The notes below the pieces were generated by a model that was not told the origin of the DNA, did no database searches, and saw only the letters and a program-made list of their open reading frames with translations. The position numbers and the translations under genes were made by a program. DNA of 64,000 nt from an uncultured Nitrososphaerales archaeon. GTDB lineage: Archaea > Thermoproteota > Nitrososphaeria > Nitrososphaerales > Nitrososphaeraceae. Below, in pieces: positions 33,662 to 44,362 of the stretch. The number at the start of each line of letters is the position of its first letter. Position 1 is the stretch's first letter. The stretch spans positions 1,440,001 to 1,504,000 of the forward strand of contig CAVOHZ010000010.1 in NCBI GenBank assembly GCA_963695855.1, read 5' to 3'.

Positions 33662-33991
33662 TTACGTTGATCTGTTTTTAATAAAACGTTCTTCTATCTC
33701 GTTCAATCGTCTTATTAGATCTTCATTATCCTTAACTTGTAAAATAGAGGGATAATTTCTAATATTATTAAGAGTAGAAAGTACTTCCTCAATCTTAACT
33801 CCATGTAGTATATCATATTCAATTTCTTTACATACATAAGTAAGTCGTCCAAAGTATTTCTCATGATTTCTCTTTTGCAGTTTTGATGAATTTTCTGGCA
33901 ACCCCATGACAAATCTCAGAATAGTTTTTTCCATATGTTGTATATGATATTCTTTCATAGGAAATTTATTACTAGTCTTTTCAAAAGCCAT
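33662..33991 (-). CDS. Hypothetical protein
   Basis: 109 aa ORF with plausible composition. Confidence 0.65.
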   Translation of the reverse strand: MAFEKTSNKFPMKEYHIQHMEKTILRFVMGLPENSSKLQKRNHEKYFGRLTYVCKEIEYDILHGVKIEEVLSTLNNIRNYPSILQVKDNEDLIRRLNEIEERFIKNRST

Positions 33992-34262
33992 TCATATTAT
34001 ATATGCGTCATACAACTATATAATATGATCATATTATAAAATCTCGAGAGGTTAAATAATTCTATCAATTATAAATAGTAATCATCTATTAAGTTTAATA
34101 AAGAAAGATAATATTTTTTATAAAGATTTCATCATAGAAACATAATAAAATAAAGAAGTCTAATTTCCAATAAAAATGTTGATCGCAATTCAATTTACAT
34201 TATACGAATTTTTATTTCAAACAAAAAATTGAAATTAAAATTAAAAAGAAATTAAATGGATT

Positions 34263-35409
34263 TTATGATGATATAGCACAAGAATTAGGACCTGCTTCCA
34301 AGTCTGGCATTTCCATTTCGTCATGTGTAGGCATTTTTTTGTTAATTGATATTATAGTCTTATAATTCATAGGTCGTGGGGGTAATGTATCAATTACAAA
34401 TTTAATAAATTCATTCCTGGGCATAGATAGAAGTTTTACCTTGTTGATTATTGAACCAATAGTATCTGATATAGGAATGACATGTTTTAAAGTGATTGAA
34501 GTTCCATTAAAATGTGCAGGAAGAATTACGGTGTTCATTGGAAATTTGAGGATTTTTTGATGGTAGGAATTATATAGCATTTCTGCAAATTGACTAGCTT
34601 GATCTCGCAAATCTGGTCTTCCGATACCATCAACGAAAAGTGTATCTCCAGTAAATAAATAACTATTTGGAGTATCATTGTTATCAATATTGATATTGTT
34701 ATTATCAGTATAATTATGTTCTAGAATAAAAGACATGCTACCGTTTGTGTGTCCTGGTGTATGAATTGCTTTCAATTCAACATTTTGGCCTATGAATATA
34801 ACATCTCCATCTTGGATGTACTTTATATTATCAAGATCAGATTTGCTGAAATCATAATCTTCATATGAACTAAAATATGCAAAACAATTTTCGGAGTCAG
34901 TATCCTTTTTTTTATCTTTCATCAATCTAGCAACTCCCGAAACATGATCTGCATGTTGATGAGTGTCGATTATTTTGGTTATTTTTAATTTATTTTCATT
35001 TGCAATCCTAAGAAAAGACTCTTCAATTTCACGACTTGGATCTATAATTGCTGCTGTTTTATCTTGTTTGGAAGAAATAATATAGCCGATACATCCTTTC
35101 GATATTCTTCTTATTTGCCATATCTGAAATGGAGCATTTTTAGAAACAGGAACCTCTGCAATGTCAGATACTTTATTCCAGCCTGCCATTCCACCCCTGA
35201 CACTTTTAACATTGTAGCCCAGTTGATTTAACAATTTTGCAGCTATTAGAGATCTGTTTCCATGTGCACAAATTGTTACAATTTCTTTATCTTTTGGAAT
35301 TTCTTTTAAGAAGTTAGATGTATTTCCAAATAAACGATCAACAGGGATTAATTTTGGATTCTCATGTTTCTCATAAGATATTCTCCAAGATTCATATTCT
35401 GCAGGTGTG
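34263..35409 (-). pseudogene. Rhodanese + MBL-fold (persulfide dioxygenase-like) fusion, 5' truncated
   Basis: CAHGNRS rhodanese loop, GGM.GW, THQHADH, TPGHT, FTGD.LF, P.H; the expected LDVR before TPAEY is replaced by terminase-derived sequence. Confidence 0.8.
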
Positions 35410-36232
35410 CCTTTTGGCATTGGGACGTAACACAGCATAGAGATAAATATGTTCTAACTAATGGTAATTGTTGTTTTCAGCATATTTTAGGACTATCTAA
35501 AGACAATAAAACAGGTAAAGAGAATCCATCATTTGACTATCAAAAAATAATTCTTGATTCATTACAATACAATAGAAGTCTATTCATTCTCAAATCCACC
35601 TGACTTGGTATAACGGAATTATTTTTGAGATATATGGCTTGGTTATGTTTAAAAGATAATACTTATCAAAATAGTCAGTTCGTTATCGTAACTGGTCCAA
35701 ATTGGGATTTATCCAAGAAACTTATTAAACGATTAAAAATGTTGTTTGAACCTTTAGACATATTTTTTGATAGCAAGAAAACATTACTGAATCTAAATGG
35801 TGTAACTATCGAATCATTCCCATCACATCACGTAGACTCTTTTAGATCATTGGATAACCCCAAGTTTATTCTGTTGGATGAATGTGACTTCTTTTCAAAG
35901 GGTCAACAGGAAGATGTTAGGGCCGTTGCAGAAAGGTACATCGCCAAATCTAATCCCTTTATTGTTATGGTATCAACGCCCAATGAACCAGGAGGCCTCA
36001 TGGAATCCATAGAGAAGGAACCGGAAGATACCTGCCTATATAAACGATTAAAACTAGATTATAGGTATGGACTTTATCGAATATATTCGAAAGAAGACAT
36101 CGAAAAAGCGAAACAGTCACCGTCCTTTGATAGAGAGTACGACTTAAAGTATCTTGGTAAGATCGGTAATGTATTCGCACTTGCAGATATTGATAAAGCG
36201 ATAGAACTAGGAAACGCAACACTGCAGGACCA

Positions 36233-37242
36233 TGCCTTGTTGCACAACTTGTTCTTCTCAACACATTTAGCTAACCAATTCTAGTCATATTATGTGAACT
36301 GGAGAAATTACAACGAATCTCTTGTTAAACGTGGCGAGGTATTACTGGATTTTGATATTATAGATAACTGGAATACTGAACTAGAGAAGATGAATAAGGA
36401 AAAGGAAGGTAGGAAATTCGTATATCCAGATTCATTTGTCAAGTTATTGGGATACATGAGAGCATACTTTCACTTACCCTACAGACAAACTGAAGGAGTA
36501 GTAAGAGAACATGCTTCAAACACTTTGCCATCAATTCCAGATTATAGTAACATTAGCAGAAGAATAAATAGACTGGATATCAAGATTTCTGATGATATAA
36601 CCAAATCTAACTTGCATGATGATAATTTTGTTATTGCAATTGATTCTACCGGTATAAAGGTATCTAAGAGGGGTGAATGGATTAGACACAAGTGGAATGT
36701 AAAAAGAGGATATCTAAAGATACATTTAGCAGTCGATATAAAAAAGAAGAGAATTCTATCATTAGATGTTACTAGTGAAGAAGTACATGATGTAAAAGTA
36801 CTTCCAAAATTGGTTGATTATATAGCAATAAAACAGAATAAGGTAATAGATACTGCTATCATGGATGGTTCCTATGATAGCAACAAGATCTTTCAGTTTC
36901 TATCATTTAAAGGCATACAACCAGCAATAAAGGTAAGAAAGAATTCTAGATGCAGAAAGACCAATCATTACCTTAGAAACAAGATGGTGAAAATGCAGAA
37001 GAATGATTTGCAAGAATGGAAAGATAGTGTACGCTATGGACAAAGATGGATGGTAGAATCTGTTTTTTCCTCTATGAAGAGAATGTTTGGTGAATATGTT
37101 ACTGCTATCAGGTTAGAGAACATGATAAGAGAGATAATGTTGAAAGCATCGTTGTATAACTGGTTTCAAAGTATAACTGTTACATAATTATCAATTATAT
37201 AATAATGAGAACGATTGGTTAAACGAGTTATGCAACAAACCA
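36233..37242 (+). mobile_element. IS5-family element with intact transposase
   Basis: TIRs TGCCTTGTTGCACAACT / TGGTTTGTTGCATAACT; 8-bp target duplication CAGGACCA at 36225-36232 and 37243-37250. Confidence 0.93.
36294..37187 (+). CDS. IS5-family DDE transposase
   Basis: NW..YN.SLV.RG, IDSTG, K.HLAVD, DG.YD, Y..RW.VE..FS..KR. Confidence 0.93.
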   Translation: MNWRNYNESLVKRGEVLLDFDIIDNWNTELEKMNKEKEGRKFVYPDSFVKLLGYMRAYFHLPYRQTEGVVREHASNTLPSIPDYSNISRRINRLDIKISDDITKSNLHDDNFVIAIDSTGIKVSKRGEWIRHKWNVKRGYLKIHLAVDIKKKRILSLDVTSEEVHDVKVLPKLVDYIAIKQNKVIDTAIMDGSYDSNKIFQFLSFKGIQPAIKVRKNSRCRKTNHYLRNKMVKMQKNDLQEWKDSVRYGQRWMVESVFSSMKRMFGEYVTAIRLENMIREIMLKASLYNWFQSITVT

Positions 37243-38595
37243 CAGGACCAGACAATAAATCCCTACTGTCTGGACATAGGTGGAATTGATTTTGGCTTCT
37301 CTACATCCATTACAACTATATACATTGGTGAAGTCGATACAGAAAACCAAATAGTTAAAATCGTTATAGGAGAGGAATATTACAAAACAACTCCTTCTGT
37401 AATCGGTGATCGTATATTTCAACTCCATACTGAAATCCCTAATCTATGGTGGTTTGTGGATGGAAGTAATCGGGCTGCCGTTAATGAATGTAAATCCAAA
37501 TTCGGTGAGTTTAGACTGGGACCGCTCCGAAGACATAAATCCTGAATCCAACTTTGTGATATCTGTATCCTTTGCAAAGGAACATAAACAAATGTTGGAA
37601 CACACATATCAACTTTTAACAAAACAGAAACTTGCTATACCCTCCAAATTTGATAGATTAATCCTGTCACTAAAGACCGCTTACGCTAATGAATGGAACC
37701 TTGACAAAAATGTGAGTGTCCACAACGATGACTTCGACGCGCTTCGTTTGTTATTAAAAGGAGCTAAATTCGTCACCAGTGAATAATAATAGCGGGGTAC
37801 ACAAACGTTGCTTATCATCTTAAATGACCAGTTCTGGCGTTCTCCAATGCACTATATAATTTATCTAAATGATCTGATTTCAAATACAGTGTAACACTGA
37901 AATGATTATCTCCCATTTGTTTATTCAAAATTAAGATCAACGATTTCTTTTTTTTATGGCAAAAACATACTGTAACAATATCCGCATGGTTCGGCATTTA
38001 TTCAAAATGGAATATAGCAATTAATCATTCGTAATAACCATTCTTCATTATCAGGGTTTCAAGTTATTAGGGAGAAAGAAAGGAGACAAATTATTTATAT
38101 TGCTAAATGATAAAATTGGAAATAAATGGAATCTCTGATTCCATCAAAGGTCATAGTTTCCTCGTTTTATTATCTTTTCTTGTTCTAATACTTTATTCGG
38201 GTCCAACTAAACCAAAATCATCATTAATAACCCCTATCAGAATAAATCCTATAAATGCAAGTGAACCCACAGTAATTATATATTGTAATATTTTATTTTT
38301 ATCAATTTTTGTTTTTAAAGAAAACAAACTCATGTTATCTATGTACAACTAAAAGTACTATACACATATTAATTTTTTAAGATTTAATAATGTTATATAA
38401 TAATGGTATATTATTAAGTAGAAATATTCTATGTTAGAATTTGTTAAGCGCCCATATTCTTTATATGAAAACGTTCTTGATACTGATTATATTCAGGATC
38501 TTCCATCGTTATGACTTTAAATCCAGTTTCATATAATCTTTTAATTAAACGAATATTTTAATATTCGAAAGTAGAATCCACATCTGATGGACGAA

Positions 38596-38617
38596 GGTTC
38601 GAATCCCACCCCGTGCG
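38596..38617 (+). other. tRNA 3'-end fragment (T-loop plus acceptor strand), att-like
   Basis: GGTTCGAATCCCACCCCGTGCG; no D-arm or anticodon arm upstream; G discriminator compatible with tRNA-Ser. Confidence 0.7.
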
Positions 38618-38950
38618 CTAAACTCGCAGAGTCTATTGTTTTAACCATTAATAATTAAAATTAATATAACAAATTTACAATAATGAGAGATCAGATGTTG
38701 GATTTTCAATTTCATTACTCTACCAATATTCTTTCTTTCTCCATGGGTCCTATGATAGTTGCTGCAGTCCTACGATTTCACTTTCTACCTAAACATCATT
38801 TTCTATTATTCTTATTGTCAATAATTCAGAATCTTGAAATATTACAAGATCATATGATGACCATTTCTATTCTTCTTATTGCTGTTAATTTAGTCTTGAA
38901 CTAGTATAATATCATGTAACATTTTATCCAACCTCAGATATATCAAAACA

Positions 38951-39175
38951 GTGACTAATTATATAATGAGTAAGCAAATATTAGTTTTAACATCAATTTT
39001 GATATTAACATTAACAGCGGGTTTATTCGCTCTAAATCCATCCATGATAACAAACGCAAATGCAGAATATTGTGACAGTGAAATTTGGGATGAGAATTGG
39101 ATAGATGAGGACCAACCGGCAAAAATTAGTCCCGCAACAAATGAACCACAGCCCTGTGAAGAATGCTTGCAGTAA
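38951..39175 (+). CDS. Short or truncated paralog of the element-borne secreted protein
   Basis: LFALNPSMITNANAE...PCEECL matches 52451 LLALNPSMIENAQAE...TCEECF. Confidence 0.6.
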   Translation: MTNYIMSKQILVLTSILILTLTAGLFALNPSMITNANAEYCDSEIWDENWIDEDQPAKISPATNEPQPCEECLQ

Positions 39176-39446
39176 CAACGACTGCTAGTGAGCATATAGA
39201 AGGAGAATACTTTTTAAATATTTAAATTAATTAATTATTCTATAAAACCATAGATATTGCTTGTCTTAGTGTGGTTTCTATCTTTTAGCATGTCTCTTTT
39301 GTACCTGAAAATCATCTTCTATTCTTTTTATCTGAACATCAAATGCTTTTCTTCTTATAGTCAATAATTCAGCATGATAAAATATTACAAGATTAGATAA
39401 TGTTCCTTCTAACCATAGATATAATAAATTCTCATTTAACAATGTA

Positions 39447-40449
39447 ATGAGCAATAGTAACAATAGAATGATAGTTTTTGCTTCTATACTAGGAGCAATA
39501 CTAGCAACAATTATGCTCGCTCTAAACCCGTCAACAATTACAAACGCACAAGCAATGCCATATGGCAGTGGAGATTATGACGATCGACATTCCTATCGTG
39601 ATCAATATGGATATGATAGCAACTATTACCAAGATGACAATAGGTATAGTTACGATAAAAAAGATTCAAAAAGTTCTCATGGAGATATCCAGAAAATATC
39701 CTGTGTAAACAAGTAACATAAATGTAAACGGTGTAGATATTACCCAAATACCTCAAGACGGTACTGCAACAACAGCAGCAAATGAAGAAGGAGCAGCAGA
39801 CGCAGCAAATACACAACAGAATGGTAACGGACTCGATAAAATAAACTTCGACAGGAACCTTGTAAATATATGTATAAATGTTAATGGGAATGAACAGATT
39901 CGTATAACAGAACCAGAAACAGGTTCATTGACCGTGAATAAACAGGTGTTTGGCTGTAATAATTTAAGCGATTCTGCTATTATGGATTGTGATGAACTAC
40001 AAGATGGTGATTCACGATGGCTTCCCTGTACCGATCCTTTAATCAGCGGTACAGATTTCTGTCAAAGATTACCAGCAAATCTATTTGATATTGAAGTATT
40101 AGATGACCAGCATATAATACTACAACAGTTTAAAGGAAGTACACAGGGGACAACAATTCAAAATCTACAACCAGGTACCTATATAGTAAACGAGTTAAAA
40201 AATCCGAATAGTAATGTCAACCAGTTAGGACCAGAAGCAACTACCGAAGACCACTGTGTTAATAACCAAGGATTTGATGATGGTGGAACTCTATCCCGCC
40301 AGAATGTAAATCCTTTCATAGATTATCGTATATGTTTTGAATACGAAGATGAACAGGGAAATGACTGTAGTACTCTAACATTAGCAGCAGGGGAAAATAA
40401 ACTGTGTACGGTTAAAAACTATATTTCCGTAGCAAGTGCGGACGTCTAA
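39447..40449 (+). pseudogene. Secreted/surface Cys-containing protein, +1 frameshift near 39710
   Basis: N-half nearly identical to 52451..53131 (IQKISCVN-SNINVNG.DITQIP); different beta-rich C-domain. Confidence 0.8.
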
Positions 40450-40755
40450 CTCTACATTTTTTTATTTTATTTTTTACTATTACTAAAACACTTATAATTA
40501 TTTATTCGTGAAAGTTATCCACCAGATGGGCGTGAAGATTCTCCATAGGTTGTGTTACATACTTCTTTTTTTCTTTCTGCATTAAGTTTGGTGCCGCAAA
40601 AATACAGTATAGAGATTCTGGTGTTAACTGTAACGAAATTAATTCAGGTATTTAATAGTATGCAATACGTACGTAACAGTGTTCCGTATTAGACAACTTT
40701 AAGTAAAATAAAATGAAATTCGGAAGAGTGTTCCGAAACTTAGTTAATCAATCAA

Positions 40756-40979
40756 TCAATCGTACTTGTGACTTGGTCCTTCGTTTTGTTCATAAAACCT
40801 TACGAGATTAATTAACACTTCATCATAACGGGGATTTGAATAGTAGCGGGACGCATGCTCTTTCGACACCCGAAAAGTCTGTTCTGTTATTTGCATGGTC
40901 CTGCAGTGTGATGAATGATTTGGATCTACTAGACGGGTAAGTCTGCTATATCAATCCTTGGAATATTACTTCTAGCCAT
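40756..40979 (-). pseudogene. RHH-like small protein, homolog of 52106..52357 (not in ORF track)
   Basis: RTMQITEQTFRVSKEHASRYYSNPRYDEVLINLVRFYEQNEG versus RTMQLSEQTFQMLKEHASRYYSTPSYDEVLVNLVKFYEQHEG; 5' frameshift, or start at 40896. Confidence 0.8.
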
Positions 40980-41059
40980 GATTATTATCAAATAAAAGTA
41001 ACTAAGTCTTTATTAAAAATATTTTTGGTTATTTTAATTATTTAGATAATAGATATGTA

Positions 41060-41257
41060 CTAACAGTGCGGAGATACCAGGAATCCATATCGTGCACAAA
41101 GTTCACTTAAATTATCTGTAATATAATAAACTACGTAATCATATACTGTTATTATTGCTAATGCAGACACAAACAGTATAATCAATGTCATGATAATTGT
41201 GGTTGCGTAACTTTTGATTTTATTTTTTTGTTCCGAGTACATTCTTACCGAATACAT
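41060..41257 (-). CDS. Small single-TM hypothetical protein
   Basis: 65 aa with a hydrophobic helix. Confidence 0.5.
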   Translation of the reverse strand: MYSVRMYSEQKNKIKSYATTIIMTLIILFVSALAIITVYDYVVYYITDNLSELCARYGFLVSPHC

Positions 41258-41351
41258 TTTAGAATATTTACCAGGGTAATCTTTTATATATTTTGATTAA
41301 GATTTATAGTACATTCTATGAAACAGTAAAGTTAAAAATTATATACCATGA

Positions 41352-41788
41352 TTATTCTGCAAAAACGGAAGGCGTTTTTTTGATAACTTCAAACCTTCTT
41401 TTTACTTCTTCCCTGCTGTCTTGGGGAACCTCATAGTAAACAATCAAGTCTAATAAACCGGTTCTTGAATCTCTATCTCTTTGTGAACCATGAACCTTCC
41501 CATTAAGTTCTATTACGATATCTGATAATACTTCATACTGTCTCTGAACACTTGCAACACTACCGGATAGTAACCCGAAGGAATTAGACATTTTTGGTTT
41601 AGGAGTCCAGGTTTTTTACTATAAAAAGTGGATTTAGTACTAGCATTAGCTGAGACATTGGTTCTATTAGGACAAACATGCTTTTTCTGTGAAAGAACTT
41701 CCCAATACTCGTTTACAGAAGTATTCCAATAGATACGGATATTGCAACCATATCCACAATTTTTTGGATAAATATTACTTTGAGACAT
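41352..41788 (-). pseudogene. Homolog of 9151..9612, frameshift in an A-run near 41612
   Basis: CGYGC..IYWN...EYWE...KKH.CPNR plus MSNSF.LL.GSV..VQ.QYEVL. Confidence 0.8.
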
Positions 41789-41794
41789 TTCTGT

Positions 41795-42208
41795 TTACGA
41801 TTCGTTCCCGAAATGATGATTATTTAGAGTCAGGTATGGGTCGTCTTCATATCCTGCATCTGGATAATCTCCGCTTTCTATCCGAATTTGTAGATGATTC
41901 ATGAAGTTATCCCACTTGTCAGCACCGAAGCAACTAGGAAAGTAAGCAATCTGACATATATTATCGAGTGTGTACATAACGCCTAAACATGAACTCGTTT
42001 CTAGATTCGAACATTCGTTTAATCCTGCTTTGATTACTTCATCAATTTTGGTGAAGTTATTATTTTCTACTTTCCATTTTACAGGTTGTTGAACTTGTGC
42101 GTCGGTTGTTGCTTCTGCTATTAAAGATATCAATACCACAACAAATAACACGAATCCACAAACCACAAATATTTTGTATAATTTTTCTGCTGTTAATGTA
42201 ATAGTCAT
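41795..42208 (-). CDS. Membrane-anchored hypothetical protein
   Basis: N-terminal TM segment, four Cys. Confidence 0.65.
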   Translation of the reverse strand: MTITLTAEKLYKIFVVCGFVLFVVVLISLIAEATTDAQVQQPVKWKVENNNFTKIDEVIKAGLNECSNLETSSCLGVMYTLDNICQIAYFPSCFGADKWDNFMNHLQIRIESGDYPDAGYEDDPYLTLNNHHFGNES

Positions 42209-42402
42209 TTCTGAGATTTCCCTTTACCATCTTCCTTTAACAGTAAATCAATTGCTTTATTGAATAATTCATTGAGAGTCGTTTGTTCCTGTGCTGCCTT
42301 AATTTTTAACTTGATTATCTTATCAATATCAAGTCTAAATACAACTTTCTTTGATTCGGCCAATATTTCTATTTCTTGTTTCATAAACTTATATTTATAC
42401 AA
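42205..42402 (-). CDS. Ribbon-helix-helix regulator
   Basis: KKVVFRLD......LKIKAAQEQTTLNELFNKAIDLLL. Confidence 0.75.
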   Translation of the reverse strand: MYKYKFMKQEIEILAESKKVVFRLDIDKIIKLKIKAAQEQTTLNELFNKAIDLLLKEDGKGKSQK

Positions 42403-42452
42403 TTACTGTATTTATAACTTACTATAGTGCTATATCTCTATATATCTACACA

Positions 42453-42920
42453 ATGAAACAAACAGTTTCTAAAACAGTTGAAAAGAAAAATAGAAGAGAG
42501 GGACGGGGTAGGGTGGTGGCCCTATCCCGCTATGTATACAGATTGCAGGGCAAAGATACCTACTACGTAGAATCGAAATCCTGCGATTCAAGATACTATT
42601 TTTCAAGATTTAACTCTTCATTCGCGGGTGGTTTCTGCAGTTGCAAAGACTATGAATCGAACCGTTCAGAAAGGTGCAAACACCAGTACGCGATAGAGTA
42701 CGCGATAAGATTCAATACAGTAAGGGAAGTTGCCAAGTTACCGGAAGAGGTACGCGGTAAGAAGAAGACTACTACAGCAGAAGCAACCCAAGAAAAAGAA
42801 TATTTGGAAAAGCAATCAATCAGAACCTTGAACGATATTGAGAAGGCAGAAATTGAAGCAGAAGAATACAGAAACCAACGACGGCTAATAACTTATGAAG
42901 ACGACGACTATTCCTTCTAA
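42453..42920 (+). CDS. SWIM Zn-finger protein with acidic DDYSF tail
   Basis: CSC.D......CKH.YA. Confidence 0.85.
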   Translation: MKQTVSKTVEKKNRREGRGRVVALSRYVYRLQGKDTYYVESKSCDSRYYFSRFNSSFAGGFCSCKDYESNRSERCKHQYAIEYAIRFNTVREVAKLPEEVRGKKKTTTAEATQEKEYLEKQSIRTLNDIEKAEIEAEEYRNQRRLITYEDDDYSF

Positions 42921-44303
42921 CTATTTTTTATTTTTTATTTTTTTGTACTTTTTTTCTAATGTTCTATATAATTCATTTTCCTGTTTAATTTGCTTGCTTT
43001 GTGCTTCAATATATTCATCGAATTTTTCAGGCTTTTTCTTTCTGTTGTTGGCGTTGGCAAAATCTAGGCTTTCATACTCAACATTTAACGTTTTTGCCCT
43101 TTTCCTATGTTCTTCTGCCAGATTAAATTTCTCTTCAATACTACGTAATTGTTCCTGCAGACTTTGAACCTGAGATTTTACGTCTTCCTGACTTTTTATC
43201 TTGTTTGCAAGTTCTATCTTTTCCAGGCGTTCCCGTTCCACGCTGTTTATTGTTAGCATTGGTTCTACGTACAGATAGTCTGCCTTACGTTCTGGAGTGC
43301 ATTCGAGCAACTGTTTAGTAGTGGGTACGAGATAGGAATTTCTTACACCTGGCATCTTATGGCCTGTAAGTAGATCAGCCCAATCCGGAAGCATACCGCC
43401 TTCATTTACTACCTGAGAAGTGAAGAACTTGCGAAATGCATGAATCATTGCAGTTGGATGTTGCTTTCCTATCATCACTCTTCTGTTCTTTTTATCATAG
43501 GGAAGTTTCTTCTTTAATGGCGAATGCTTCGTTAATAGCTCATTAATCAGATACGATATAGTTGGCCTCTTTATCTTCTGCGGATTCATTACCTTCAGCC
43601 TGTCTGCAGTATTAAACTGTTCCCTTATGAGAGAGCTCGAGTTTTTTAACTCTTCACCGCAATTTTTCCTATATTCTAGGTAAGAATCGATTGCCCTGGC
43701 GCATTCCCTGGAGCAAAATGTTGTATAGGCTTCTTTGAAATCGTTGTAAACTGTTATCTCATATATGCCGTTGTGGTCCTCATTTTTCTTCAGATCTCCC
43801 ATTACCAGGTCAGGCACTGCGCCAAGACGCATACCGTTGGATGCCATCAGTAAGATAGCTACCTTGGTCCTTGGGTCACGCGCATTCTCAAGCATTATCT
43901 GAATCTCTTCAAGCGTGTAGCCTCTATCCTTTCCTTTCTTCGCTGGTCCTGTATCCTCTCCCAAATGGTTCTTAATGCGTTTCCATTTAAATTCAAAATC
44001 AGAATTTTCATAGTAAAAGGCCTTTATGGCACTTAGATAATGATTTGCAGTTTGGTATGTCACCCCCCTCTCCTGGCGCAAATATACCAGGTATGACTTT
44101 ATCTGGATTTCAATGGCGTTTTTGTCCTTTCCTTCCACTAAATCGGCATAATTTCCTTCAGGAATCCCCAGAAATCGCATAAAATCCTTAATAGTCATGC
44201 CATAATCGTCCTTTGTGGCCTTGCTACTCAGGGAATTTATAAAGTTTGCATAGTAAATATCGTGGTTTGTGTGTGTTATTTGTTGGTCCAGAATCCTCTG
44301 CAT
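42921..44303 (-). CDS. Tyrosine recombinase/integrase with C-terminal coiled coil
   Basis: SNGMRLGA (R), HAFRK (HxxR), LTGH......SY (H, Y). Confidence 0.92.
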   Translation of the reverse strand: MQRILDQQITHTNHDIYYANFINSLSSKATKDDYGMTIKDFMRFLGIPEGNYADLVEGKDKNAIEIQIKSYLVYLRQERGVTYQTANHYLSAIKAFYYENSDFEFKWKRIKNHLGEDTGPAKKGKDRGYTLEEIQIMLENARDPRTKVAILLMASNGMRLGAVPDLVMGDLKKNEDHNGIYEITVYNDFKEAYTTFCSRECARAIDSYLEYRKNCGEELKNSSSLIREQFNTADRLKVMNPQKIKRPTISYLINELLTKHSPLKKKLPYDKKNRRVMIGKQHPTAMIHAFRKFFTSQVVNEGGMLPDWADLLTGHKMPGVRNSYLVPTTKQLLECTPERKADYLYVEPMLTINSVERERLEKIELANKIKSQEDVKSQVQSLQEQLRSIEEKFNLAEEHRKRAKTLNVEYESLDFANANNRKKKPEKFDEYIEAQSKQIKQENELYRTLEKKYKKIKNKK

Positions 44304-44362
44304 ACTAGTGGTTGAAACACTAAAACTACTATTTATTGCTAGTATATGTTTGAAGTAATTTC

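Larger units (their letters stand above)
35410..37786 (+). pseudogene. Terminase large subunit relic (5' truncated, TGA at 35601, IS5 insertion, frameshift near 37510)
   Basis: LKST*LGITE, LLDECDF, VSTPN, REY.LKY.G.IGN, GIDFG, FVDG, NDDFDALR; collinear with 55504..56928. Confidence 0.88.
35410..44350. mobile_element. Degraded integrative element A, mirror-image sister of element B
   Basis: TerL relic(+), secreted protein(+), RHH-like(-), RHH(-), SWIM(+), integrase(-); boundaries approximate. Confidence 0.6.

Noticed and set aside
37406-37510. N-terminal part of ORF 37406..37786 as a separate gene
   Set aside because: Out-of-frame read of the terminase relic; only the part after about 37510 is in the real frame
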